The notes beneath the pieces were generated by a model. The model had not been told where the DNA came from. It saw only the letters and a program-made list of their open reading frames with translations, and did not search any database. A stretch of 64,000 nucleotides of DNA from the human T2T-CHM13v2.0 reference genome, Homo sapiens. The translations under genes and the position numbers were made by a program. The stretch lies in NCBI RefSeq assembly GCF_009914755.1, contig NC_060939.1. The stretch is one strand, 5' to 3'. Positions within the stretch are counted from its first letter, which is position 1; every line of letters starts with the position of its first letter. Shown here piece by piece: positions 45,401 through 59,000 of this stretch.

Positions 45401-48400
45401 ATTCCATTCGATTCCATTCCATTGCATTGCATTCCATTCCATTGGACTGCATTCCATTTGATTCCATTCCATTCGAATCAATTACATAGCAATCCATTAC
45501 ATTCGAGTCTATTCTATTCCGTTCCATTCGATTTCGTTCCAATCCATTCGATTCCATTCCATTCGATTCCATTCCATACTATTGCATTCCATTCGATTAC
45601 ATTATATTCGAATAAGTTCCATTCAAGACCATTTCTTTTGAGTCCATTCTATTTGAGTCCATTCCCTTTGATTCCATAACATTTGAGTCCATTCAATTCC
45701 ATTCCTTTCGTTTGCATTCCATTTGATGCCATTCCATTCAATTCTGTTCTACTCGACTCCAATACATTCAATTCCATTCCATCCGATTCCATTACATTCT
45801 TTTCATTTCTTATCCATTTCAAGCCATTCCACTCCACTCCATTCCACTCGTTTCCTTTCCATTCGAGTCCATTCCTCTCCAGTCCATTCCGTTCAATCCA
45901 TTCCATTCCAGTCCATTCCATTCGAGTCCGTTCCATTCCAGTCCATTCCATTCGAGTCAATTCCATTCCATTCGATGTCTTTCCATAACGATCCATTCCA
46001 TTCTATTCCTTTCGATTCCATTCCATTCTATTTCATTCCATTCGATTCCCTTCCATTGGACTCCTTTCCATTCGAGTGCATTCCATTCCGTTCCATTTCT
46101 TTCCGTTCTGTACGATTCCTACCGTTCGATTTCATTTTGTTCCAGTCCATTCCTTTCGCGTCCATTCCATTCCATTTCACTCCATTCGATTCCATTCCAC
46201 TCGATTCCACTTCGTTCCATTTCATTGCATTCCATTCTATTCAACTCTATTGCCTTCCATTCCATTCCATTCGATTACATTCCATGCGATTCCATTCAAA
46301 ATCGAATCAATTACATTGCAATCCATTACTATTGAGTCCGTTTTATTCCAGTCCACTGCATTCTGGTCCATTCCATTTGATTCCATTCCATTTTATTCCA
46401 TTCCATACAGTTGCATTCCATTGGATTCCATGCTATATCTATAAATTCAATTCGAGACCATTGCTTTTGAGTCCATTCTATATGTTTCCATTCCATTCAA
46501 GTCCATTACTTTTGGTTCAATTCCATTCCATTCCATTCCCTTCCATTCCATTCCAGTTGATATCAATCCATTCGATTCCATTCCATTCGAGCACATTCCA
46601 TTCGAGTCCATTCCATTCGATGCCATTCCATTTGATTCTATTCCATTAGTCTCCATTCAATTCCATTAATCTCCATTCCATTCCATTCTACTCCAACTGA
46701 TTCCATTCCATTCTATTCCTTTCCATTCCATTTCATTCCATTCCATTCCATTTCATTCCATTCCATTCCATTCGCTTCCATTCCATTCGTATCCATTCCA
46801 CTCCAGTCCATTCCATTCGTGTCCATTCCATTCCAGTCCATTCCATTTGTGTCCACTGCATTCCATTCCACTCCATTCCATGTTATTCCATTACACTCCA
46901 TTCCATTCTATTACTTTCATTTCCATTCAATTCCATTCCATTTGATTCCATTCCACTCGGTTTCATTCAATTTGAATCCACTCCATTCTATTCCATTCCA
47001 TTCCATTCAGTTCCATTCTATTCTGTTCTATTCCATTCCGTTCCATTGCATTCCATTCCATTCGGTACCTTTCCATATTGTTCCATTCGATTCCATTCGA
47101 ATCCATTCCATTCCAGTCCATTCCATTCGATTCCATTCCATTCCTTTCAATTCCATTCCATTCCATTCCACTTGATTCCACTCCATTCCCTTCCACTGCA
47201 TTCCATTCGATTCCGTTCCATTGCATTGCGTTCCATTCCATTGGACTGCATTCCATTCGATTCCATTCCATTCGAATCAATTACATAGCAATCCATTACA
47301 TTCGAGTCTATTCTATTCCGTTCCATTCGATTTCATTCCAATCCATTCGATTCCATTCCATTCGATTCCATTCCATACTATTGCATTCCATTTGATTACA
47401 TTATATTCGAATAAGTTCCATTCAAGACCATTTCTTTTGAGTCCATTCTATTTGAGTCCATTCCCTTTGATTCCATAACATTTGAGTCCATTCAATTCCA
47501 TTCCTTTCGTTTCCATTCCATTTGATGCCATTCCATTCAATTCTGTTCTACTCGACTCCAATACATTCAATTCCATTCCATCCGATTCCATTACATTCTT
47601 TTCATTTCTTATCCATTTCAAGCCATTCCACTCCATTCCATTCCACTCGTTTCCTTTCCATTCGAGTCCATTCCTCTCCAGTCCATTCCGTTCAATCCAT
47701 TCCATTCCAGTCCATTCCATTCGAGTCCGTTCCATTCCAGTCCATTCCATTCGAGTCAATTCCATTCCATTCGATGTCTTTCCATAACGATCCATTCCAT
47801 TCTATTCCTTTCGATTCCATTCCATTCTATTTCATTCCATTCGATTCCCTTCCATTGGACTCCTTTCCATTCGAGTGCATTCCATTCCTTTCCATTTCTT
47901 TCCGTTCTGTACGATTCCTACCGTTCGATTTCATTTTGTTCCAGTCCATTCCTTTCGCGTCCATTCCATTCCATTTCACTCCATTCGATTCCATTCCACT
48001 CGATTCCACTTCGTTCCATTTCATTGCATTCCATTCTATTCAACTCTATTGCCTTCCATTCCATTCCATTCGATTACATTCCATGCGATTCCATTCGAAA
48101 TCGAAGCAATTACATTGCAATCCATTACTATTGAGTCCGTTTTATTCCAGTCCACTGCATTCTGGTCCATTCCATTTGATTCCATTCCATTCTATTCCAT
48201 TCCATACAGTTGCATTCCATTGGATTCCATGCTATATCTATAAATTCAATTCGAGACCATTGCTTTTGAGTCCATTCTATATGATTCCATTCCATTCAAG
48301 TCCATTACATTTGGTTCAATTCCATTCCATTCCATTCCCTTCCATTCCATTCCGGTTGATATCAATCCATTCGATTCCATTCCATTCGAGCACATTCCAT

Positions 48401-51400
48401 TCGAGTCCATTCCATTCGATGCCATTCCATTTGATTCTATTCCATTAGTCTCCATTCAATTCCATTAATCTCCATTCCATTCCATTCTACTCCAACTGAT
48501 TCCATTCCATTCTATTCCTTTCCATTCCATTTCATTCCATTCCATTCCATTTCATTCCATTCCATTCCATTCGTGTCCATTCCACTCCAGTCCATTCCAT
48601 TCGTGTCCATTCCATTCCAGTCCATTCCATTTGTGTCCCCTGCATTCCATTACACTCCATTCCATATTATTCCATTACACTCCATTCAATTCTATTACTT
48701 TCATTTCCATTCAATTCCATTCCATTTGATTCCATTCCACTCGGTTTCATTCCATTTGAGTCCACTCCATTCCATTCCATTCCATTTCATTCAGTTCCAT
48801 TCCATTCTATTCCATTCCATTCCGTTCCATTACATTCCATTCCATTCGGTACCATTCCATATTGTTCCATTCGATTCCATTCGAATCCATTCCATTCCAG
48901 TCCATTCCATTCGATTCCATTCCATTCATTTCAATTCCATTCCATTCCATTACATTACATTCCACTTGATTCCTCTCCATTCCCTTCCACTGCATTCCGT
49001 TCGATTCCATTCCATTGCATTGCATTCCATTCCATTGGATTGCATTCCATTCGATTCCATTCCATTCGAATCAATTACATAGCAATCCATTACATTCGAG
49101 TCTATTCTATTCCGTTCCATTCGATTTCGTTCCAATCCATTCGATTCCATTCCATTCGATTCCATTCCATACTATTCCATTCCATTCGATGACATTATAT
49201 TCGAATAAGTTCCATTCAAGACCATTTCTTTTGAGTCCATTCTATTTGAGTCCATTCCCTTTGATTCCATAACATTTGAGTCCATTCAATTCCATTCCTT
49301 TCGTTTCCATTCCATTTGATGCCATTCCATTCAATTCTGTTCTACTCGACTCCAATACATTCAATTCCATTCCATCCGATTCCATTACATTCTTTTCATT
49401 TCTTATCCATTTCAAGCCATTCCACTCCATTCCATTCCACTCGTTTCCTTTCCATTCGAGTCCATTCCTCTCCAGTCCATTCCGTTCAATCCATTCCATT
49501 CCAGTCCATTCCATTCGAGTCCGTTCCATTCCAGTCCATTCCATTCGAGTCAATTCCATCCCATTCGATGTCTTTCCATAACGATCCATTCCATTCTATT
49601 CCTTTCGATTCCATTCCATTCTATTTCATTCCATTCGATTCCCTTCCATTGGACTCCTTTCCATTCGAGTGCATTCCATTCCGTTCCATTTCTTTCCGTT
49701 CTGTACGATTCCTACCGTTCGATTTCATTTTGTTCCAGTCCATTCCTTTCGCGTCCATTCCATTCCATTTCACTCCATTCGATTCCATTCCACTCGATTC
49801 CACTTCGTTCCATTTCATTGCATTCCATTCTATTCAACTCTATTGCCTTCCATTCCATTCCATTCGATTACATTCCATGCGATTCCATTCGAAATCGAAT
49901 CAATTACATTGCAATCCATTACTATTGAGTCCGTTTTATTCCAGTCCACTGCATTCTGGTCCATTCCATTTGATTCCATTCCATTCTATTCCATTCCATA
50001 CAGTTGCATTCCATTGGATTCCATGCTATATCTATAAATTCAATTCGAGACCATTGCTTTTGAGTCCATTCTATATGATTCCATTCCATTCAAGTCCATT
50101 ACATTTGGTTCAATTCCATTCCATTCCATTCCCTTCCATTCCATTCCAATTGATATCAATCCATTCGATTCCATTCCATTCGAGCACATTCCATTCGAGT
50201 CCATTCCATTCGATGCCATTCCATTTGATTCTATTCCATTAGTCTCCATTCAATTCCATTAATCTCCATTCCATTCCATTCTACTCCAACTGATTCCATT
50301 CCATTCTATTCCTTTCCATTCCATTCCATTCCATTCCATTCCATTTCATTCCATTCCATTCCATTCGTGTCCATTCCACTCCAGTCCATTCCATTCGTGT
50401 CCATTCCATTCCAGTCCATTCCATTTGTGTCCACTGCATTCCATTCCACTCCATTCCATATTATTCCATTACACTCCATTCCATTCTATTACTTTCATTT
50501 CCATTCAATTCCATTCCATTTGATTCCATTCCACTCGGTTTCATTCCATTTGAGTCCACTCCATTCCATTCCATTCCATTCCATTCAGTTCCATTCCATT
50601 CTGTTCCATTCCATTCCGTTCCATTACATTCCATTCCATTCGGTACCATTCCATATTGTTCCATTCGATTCCATTCGAATCCATTCCATTCCAGTCCATT
50701 CCATTCGATTCCATTCCATTCATTTCAATTCCATTCCATTCCATTCCATTACATTCCACTTGATTCCTCTCCATTCCCTTCCACTGCATTCCGTTCGATT
50801 CCATTCCATTGCATTGCATTCCATTCCATTGGATTGCATTCCATTCGATTCCATTCCATTCGAATCAATTACATAGCAATCCATTACATTCGAGTCTATT
50901 CTATTCCGTTCCATTCGATTTCGTTCCAATCCATTCGATTCCATTCCATTCGATTCCATTCCATACTATTGCATTCCATTCGATTACATTATATTCGAAT
51001 AAGTTCCATTCAAGACCATTTCTTTTGAGTCCATTCTATTTGAGTCCATTCCCTTTGATTCCATAACATTTGAGTCCATTCAATTCCATTCCTTTCGTTT
51101 GCATTCCATTTGATGCCATTCCATTCAATTCTGTTCTACTCGACTCCAATACATTCAATTCCATTCCATCCGATTCCATTACATTCTTTTCATTTCTTAT
51201 CCATTTCAAGCCATTCCACTCCACTCCATTCCACTCGTTTCCTTTCCATTCGAGTCCATTCCTCTCCAGTCCATTCCGTTCAATCCATTCCATTCCAGTC
51301 CATTCCATTCGAGTCCGTTCCATTCCAGTCCATTCCATTCGAGTCAATTCCATTCCATTCGATGTCTTTCCATAACGATCCATTCCATTCTATTCCTTTC

Positions 51401-54400
51401 GATTCCATTCCATTCTATTTCATTCCATTCGATTCCCTTCCATTGGACTCCTTTCCATTCGAGTGCATTCCATTCCGTTCCATTTCTTTCCGTTCTGTAC
51501 GATTCCTACCGTTCGATTTCATTTTGTTCCAGTCCATTCCTTTCGCGTCCATTCCATTCCATTTCACTCCATTCGATTCCATTCCACTCGATTCCACTTC
51601 GCTCCATTTCATTGCATTCCATTCTATTCAACTCTATTGCCTTCCATTCCATTCCATTCGATTACATTCCATGCGATTCCATTCGAAATCGAATCAATTA
51701 CATTGCAATCCATTACTATTGAGTCCGTTTTATTCCAGTCCACTGCATTCTGGTCCATTCCATTTTATTCCATTCCATTTTATTCCATTCCATACAGTTG
51801 CATTCCATTGGATTCCATGCTATATCTATAAATTCAATTCGAGACCATTGCTTTTGAGTCCATTCTATATGTTTCCATCCCATTCAAGTCCATTACTTTT
51901 GGTTCAATTCCATTCCATTCCATTCCCTTCCATTCCATTCCAGTTGATATCAATCCATTCGATTCCATTCCATTCGAGCACATTCCATTCGAGTCCATTC
52001 CATTCGATGCCATTCCATTTGATTCTATTCCATTAGTCTCCATTCAATTCCATTAATCTCCATTCCATTCCATTCTACTCCAACTGATTCCATTCCATTC
52101 TATTCCTTTCCATTCCATTTCATTCCATTCCATTCCATTTCATTCCATTCCATTCCATTCGCTTCCATTCCATTCGTATCCATTCCACTCCAGTCCATTC
52201 CATTCGTGTCCATTCCATTCCAGTCCATTCCATTTGTGTCCACTGCATTCCATTCCACTCCATTCCATGTTATTCCATTACACTCCATTCCATTCTATTA
52301 CTTTCATTTCCATTCAATTCCATTCCATTTGATTCCATTCCACTCGGTTTCATTCCATTTGAATCCACTCCATTCTATTCCATTCCATTCCATTCAGTTC
52401 CATTCTATTCTGTTCTATTCCATTCCGTTCCATTGCATTCCATTCCATTCGGTACCTTTCCATATTGTTCCATTCGATTCCATTCGAATCCATTCCATTC
52501 CAGTCCATTCCATTCGATTCCATTCCATTCCTTTCAATTCCATTCCATTCCATTCCATTCCACTTGATTCCACTCCATTCCCTTCCACTGCATTCCATTC
52601 GATTCCGTTCCATTGCATTGCGTTCCATTCCATTGGACTGCATTCCATTCGATTCCATTCCATTCGAATCAGTTACATAGCAATCCATTACATTCGAGTC
52701 TATTCTATTCCGTTCCATTCGATTTCATTCCAATCCATTCGATTCCATTCCATTCGATTCCATTCCATACTATTGCATTCCATTCGATTACATTATATTC
52801 GAATAAGTTCCATTCAAGACCATTTCTTTTGATTCCATTCTATTTGAGTCCATTCCCTTTGATTCCATAACATTTGAGTCCATTCAATTCCATTCCTTTC
52901 GTTTCCATTCCATTTGATGCCATTCCATTCAATTCTGTTCTACTCGACTCCAATACATTCAATTCCATTCCATCCGATTCCATTACATTCTTTTCATTTC
53001 TTATCCATTTCAAGCCATTCCACTCCATTCCATTCCACTCGTTTCCTTTCCATTCGAGTCCATTCCTCTCCAGTTCATTCCGTTCAATCCATTCCATTCC
53101 AGTCCATTCCATTCAAGTCCGTTCCATTCCAGTCCATTCCATTCGAGTCAATTCCATCCCATTCGATGTCTTTCCATAACGATCCATTCCATTCTATTCC
53201 TTTCGATTCCATTCCATTCTATTTCATTCCATTCGATTCCCTTCCATTGGACTCCTTTCCATTCGAGTGCATTCCATTCCGTTCCATTTCTTTCCGTTCT
53301 GTACGATTCCTACCGTTCGATTTCATTTTGTTCCAGTCCATTCCTTTCGCGTCCATTCCATTCCATTTCACTCCATTCGATTCCATTCCACTCGATTCCA
53401 CTTCGTTCCATTTCATTGCATTCCATTCTATTCAACTCTATTGCCTTCCATTCCATTCCATTCGATTACATTCCATGCGATTCCATTCGAAATCGAATCA
53501 ATTACATTGCAATCCATTACTATTGAGTCCATTTTATTCCAGTCCACTGCATTCTGGTCCATTCCATTTGATTCCATTCCATTCTTTTCCATTCCATACA
53601 GTTGCATTCCATTGGATTCCATTCTATATCTATAAATTCAATTCGAGACCATTGCTTTTGAGTCCATTCTATATGATTCCATTCCATTCAAGTCCATTAC
53701 ATTTGGTTCAATTCCATTCCATTCCATTCCCTTCCATTCCATTCCAGTTGATATCAATCCATTCGATTCCATTCCATTCGAGCACATTCCATTCGAGTCC
53801 ATTCCATTCGATGCCATTCCATTTGATTCTATTCCATTAGTCTCCATTCAATTCCATTAATCTCCATTCCATTCCATTCTACTCCAACTGATTCCATTCC
53901 ATTCTATTCCTTTCCATTCCATTTCATTCCATTCCATTCCATTTCATTCCATTCCATTCCATTCGCTTCCATTCCATTCGTGTCCATTCCACTCCAGTCC
54001 ATTCCATTCGTGTCCATTCCATTCCAGTCCATTCCATTTGTGTCCACTGCATTCCATTCCACTCCATTCCATATTATTCCATTACACTCCCTTCCATTCT
54101 ATTACTTTCATTTCCATTCAATTCCATTCCATTTGATTCCATTCCACTCGGTTTCATTCCATTTGAGTCCACTCCGTTCCATTCCATTCCATTCCATTCA
54201 GTTCCATTCCATTCTGTTCCATTCCATTCCGTTCCATTGCATTCCATTCCATTCGGTACCATTCCATATTGTTCCATTCGATTCCATTCGAATCCATTCC
54301 ATTCCAGTCCATTCCATTCCTTTCCATTCCATTCCATTCCATTCCATTCCACTTGATTCCACTCCATTCCCTTCCACTGCATTCCATTCGATTCCATTCC

Positions 54401-57400
54401 ATTGCATTGCATTCCATTCCATTGGACTGCATTCCATTTGATTCCATTCCATTCGAATCAATTACATAGCAATCCATTACATTCGAGTCTATTCTATTCC
54501 GTTCCATTCGATTTCGTTCCAATCCATTCGATTCCATTCCATTCGATTCCATTCCATACTATTGCATTCCATTCGATTACATTATATTCGAATAAGTTCC
54601 ATTCAAGACCATTTCTTTTGAGTCCATTCTATTTGAGTCCATTCCCTTTGATTCCATAACATTTGAGTCCATTCAATTCCATTCCTTTCGTTTGCATTCC
54701 ATTTGATGCCATTCCATTCAATTCTGTTCTACTCGACTCCAATACATTCAATTCCATTCCATCCGATTCCATTACATTCTTTTCATTTCTTATCCATTTC
54801 AAGCCATTCCACTCCACTCCATTCCACTCGTTTCCTTTCCATTCGAGTCCATTCCTCTCCAGTCCATTCCGTTCAATCCATTCCATTCCAGTCCATTCCA
54901 TTCGAGTCCGTTCCATTCCAGTCCATTCCATTCGAGTCAATTCCATTCCATTCGATGTCTTTCCATAACGATCCATTCCATTCTATTCCTTTCGATTCCA
55001 TTCCATTCTATTTCATTCCATTCGATTCCCTTCCATTGGACTCCTTTCCATTCGAGTGCATTCCATTCCGTTCCATTTCTTTCCGTTCTGTACGATTCCT
55101 ACCGTTCGATTTCATTTTGTTCCAGTCCATTCCTTTCGCGTCCATTCCATTCCATTTCACTCCATTCGATTCCATTCCACTCGATTCCACTTCGTTCCAT
55201 TTCATTGCATTCCATTCTATTCAACTCTATTGCCTTCCATTCCATTCCATTCGATTACATTCCATGCGATTCCATTCAAAATCGAATCAATTACATTGCA
55301 ATCCATTACTATTGAGTCCGTTTTATTCCAGTCCACTGCATTCTGGTCCATTCCATTTGATTCCATTCCATTTTATTCCATTCCATACAGTTGCATTCCA
55401 TTGGATTCCATGCTATATCTATAAATTCAATTCGAGACCATTGCTTTTGAGTCCATTCTATATGTTTCCATTCCATTCAAGTCCATTACTTTTGGTTCAA
55501 TTCCATTCCATTCCATTCCCTTCCATTCCATTCCAGTTGATATCAATCCATTCGATTCCATTCCATTCGAGCACATTCCATTCGAGTCCATTCCATTCGA
55601 TGCCATTCCATTTGATTCTATTCCATTAGTCTCCATTCAATTCCATTAATCTCCATTCCATTCCATTCTACTCCAACTGATTCCATTCCATTCTATTCCT
55701 TTCCATTCCATTTCATTCCATTCCATTCCATTTCATTCCATTCCATTCCATTCGCTTCCATTCCATTCGTATCCATTCCACTCCAGTCCATTCCATTCGT
55801 GTCCATTCCATTCCAGTCCATTCCATTTGTGTCCACTGCATTCCATTCCACTCCATTCCATGTTATTCCATTACACTCCATTCCATTCTATTACTTTCAT
55901 TTCCATTCAATTCCATTCCATTTGATTCCATTCCACTCGGTTTCATTCAATTTGAATCCACTCCATTCTATTCCATTCCATTCCATTCAGTTCCATTCTA
56001 TTCTGTTCTATTCCATTCCGTTCCATTGCATTCCATTCCATTCGGTACCTTTCCATATTGTTCCATTCGATTCCATTCGAATCCATTCCATTCCAGTCCA
56101 TTCCATTCGATTCCATTCCATTCCTTTCAATTCCATTCCATTCCATTCCACTTGATTCCACTCCATTCCCTTCCACTGCATTCCATTCGATTCCGTTCCA
56201 TTGCATTGCGTTCCATTCCATTGGACTGCATTCCATTCGATTCCATTCCATTCGAATCAATTACATAGCAATCCATTACATTCGAGTCTATTCTATTCCG
56301 TTCCATTCGATTTCATTCCAATCCATTCGATTCCATTCCATTCGATTCCATTCCATACTATTGCATTCCATTTGATTACATTATATTCGAATAAGTTCCA
56401 TTCAAGACCATTTCTTTTGAGTCCATTCTATTTGAGTCCATTCCCTTTGATTCCATAACATTTGAGTCCATTCAATTCCATTCCTTTCGTTTCCATTCCA
56501 TTTGATGCCATTCCATTCAATTCTGTTCTACTCGACTCCAATACATTCAATTCCATTCCATCCGATTCCATTACATTCTTTTCATTTCTTATCCATTTCA
56601 AGCCATTCCACTCCATTCCATTCCACTCGTTTCCTTTCCATTCGAGTCCATTCCTCTCCAGTCCATTCCGTTCAATCCATTCCATTCCAGTCCATTCCAT
56701 TCGAGTCCGTTCCATTCCAGTCCATTCCATTCGAGTCAATTCCATTCCATTCGATGTCTTTCCATAACGATCCATTCCATTCTATTCCTTTCGATTCCAT
56801 TCCATTCTATTTCATTCCATTCGATTCCCTTCCATTGGACTCCTTTCCATTCGAGTGCATTCCATTCCTTTCCATTTCTTTCCGTTCTGTACGATTCCTA
56901 CCGTTCGATTTCATTTTGTTCCAGTCCATTCCTTTCGCGTCCATTCCATTCCATTTCACTCCATTCGATTCCATTCCACTCGATTCCACTTCGTTCCATT
57001 TCATTGCATTCCATTCTATTCAACTCTATTGCCTTCCATTCCATTCCATTCGATTACATTCCATGCGATTCCATTCGAAATCGAAGCAATTACATTGCAA
57101 TCCATTACTATTGAGTCCGTTTTATTCCAGTCCACTGCATTCTGGTCCATTCCATTTGATTCCATTCCATTCTATTCCATTCCATACAGTTGCATTCCAT
57201 TGGATTCCATGCTATATCTATAAATTCAATTCGAGACCATTGCTTTTGAGTCCATTCTATATGATTCCATTCCATTCAAGTCCATTACATTTGGTTCAAT
57301 TCCATTCCATTCCATTCCCTTCCATTCCATTCCGGTTGATATCAATCCATTCGATTCCATTCCATTCGAGCACATTCCATTCGAGTCCATTCCATTCGAT

Positions 57401-59000
57401 GCCATTCCATTTGATTCTATTCCATTAGTCTCCATTCAATTCCATTAATCTCCATTCCATTCCATTCTACTCCAACTGATTCCATTCCATTCTATTCCTT
57501 TCCATTCCATTTCATTCCATTCCATTCCATTTCATTCCATTCCATTCCATTCGTGTCCATTCCACTCCAGTCCATTCCATTCGTGTCCATTCCATTCCAG
57601 TCCATTCCATTTGTGTCCCCTGCATTCCATTACACTCCATTCCATATTATTCCATTACACTCCATTCAATTCTATTACTTTCATTTCCATTCAATTCCAT
57701 TCCATTTGATTCCATTCCACTCGGTTTCATTCCATTTGAGTCCACTCCATTCCATTCCATTCCATTTCATTCAGTTCCATTCCATTCTATTCCATTCCAT
57801 TCCGTTCCATTACATTCCATTCCATTCGTTACCATTCCATATTGTTCCATTCGATTCCATTCGAATCCATTCCATTCCAGTCCATTCCATTCGATTCCAT
57901 TCCATTCATTTCAATTCCATTCCATTCCATTACATTACATTCCACTTGATTCCTCTCCATTCCCTTCCACTGCATTCCGTTCGATTCCATTCCATTGCAT
58001 TGCATTCCATTCCATTGGATTGCATTCCATTCGATTCCATTCCATTCGAATCAATTACATAGCAATCCATTACATTCGAGTCTATTCTATTCCGTTCCAT
58101 TCGATTTCGTTCCAATCCATTCGATTCCATTCCATTCGATTCCATTCCATACTATTCCATTCCATTCGATGACATTATATTCGAATAAGTTCCATTCAAG
58201 ACCATTTCTTTTGAGTCCATTCTATTTGAGTCCATTCCCTTTGATTCCATAACATTTGAGTCCATTCAATTCCATTCCTTTCGTTTCCATTCCATTTGAT
58301 GCCATTCCATTCAATTCTGTTCTACTCGACTCCAATACATTCAATTCCATTCCATCCGATTCCATTACATTCTTTTCATTTCTTATCCATTTCAAGCCAT
58401 TCCACTCCATTCCATTCCACTCGTTTCCTTTCCATTCGAGTCCATTCCTCTCCAGTCCATTCCGTTCAATCCATTCCATTCCAGTCCATTCCATTCGAGT
58501 CCGTTCCATTCCAGTCCATTCCATTCGAGTCAATTCCATCCCATTCGATGTCTTTCCATAACGATCCATTCCATTCTATTCCTTTCGATTCCATTCCATT
58601 CTATTTCATTCCATTCGATTCCCTTCCATTGGACTCCTTTCCATTCGAGTGCATTCCATTCCGTTCCATTTCTTTCCGTTCTGTACGATTCCTACCGTTC
58701 GATTTCATTTTGTTCCAGTCCATTCCTTTCGCGTCCATTCCATTCCATTTCACTCCATTCGATTCCATTCCACTCGATTCCACTTCGTTCCATTTCATTG
58801 CATTCCATTCTATTCAACTCTATTGCCTTCCATTCCATTCCATTCGATTACATTCCATGCGATTCCATTCGAAATCGAATCAATTACATTGCAATCCATT
58901 ACTATTGAGTCCATTTTATTCCAGTCCACTGCATTCTGGTCCATTCCATTTGATTCCATTCCATTCTATTCCATTCCATACAGTTGCATTCCATTGGATT
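42500..59000 (+). repeat. Pentameric higher-order repeat (8980 bp), about 1.8 copies, flanked by partial copies
   Basis: Anchors 43894/52874, 45683/54663, 47482/56462 and 49276/58256 all differ by 8980. They share private variants cagttcattc (44091/53071), attcttttcc (44601/53581), tccggttgat (48351/57331), tacattacat (48951/57931) and aatcagttac (~43687/~52667). Confidence 0.92.
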
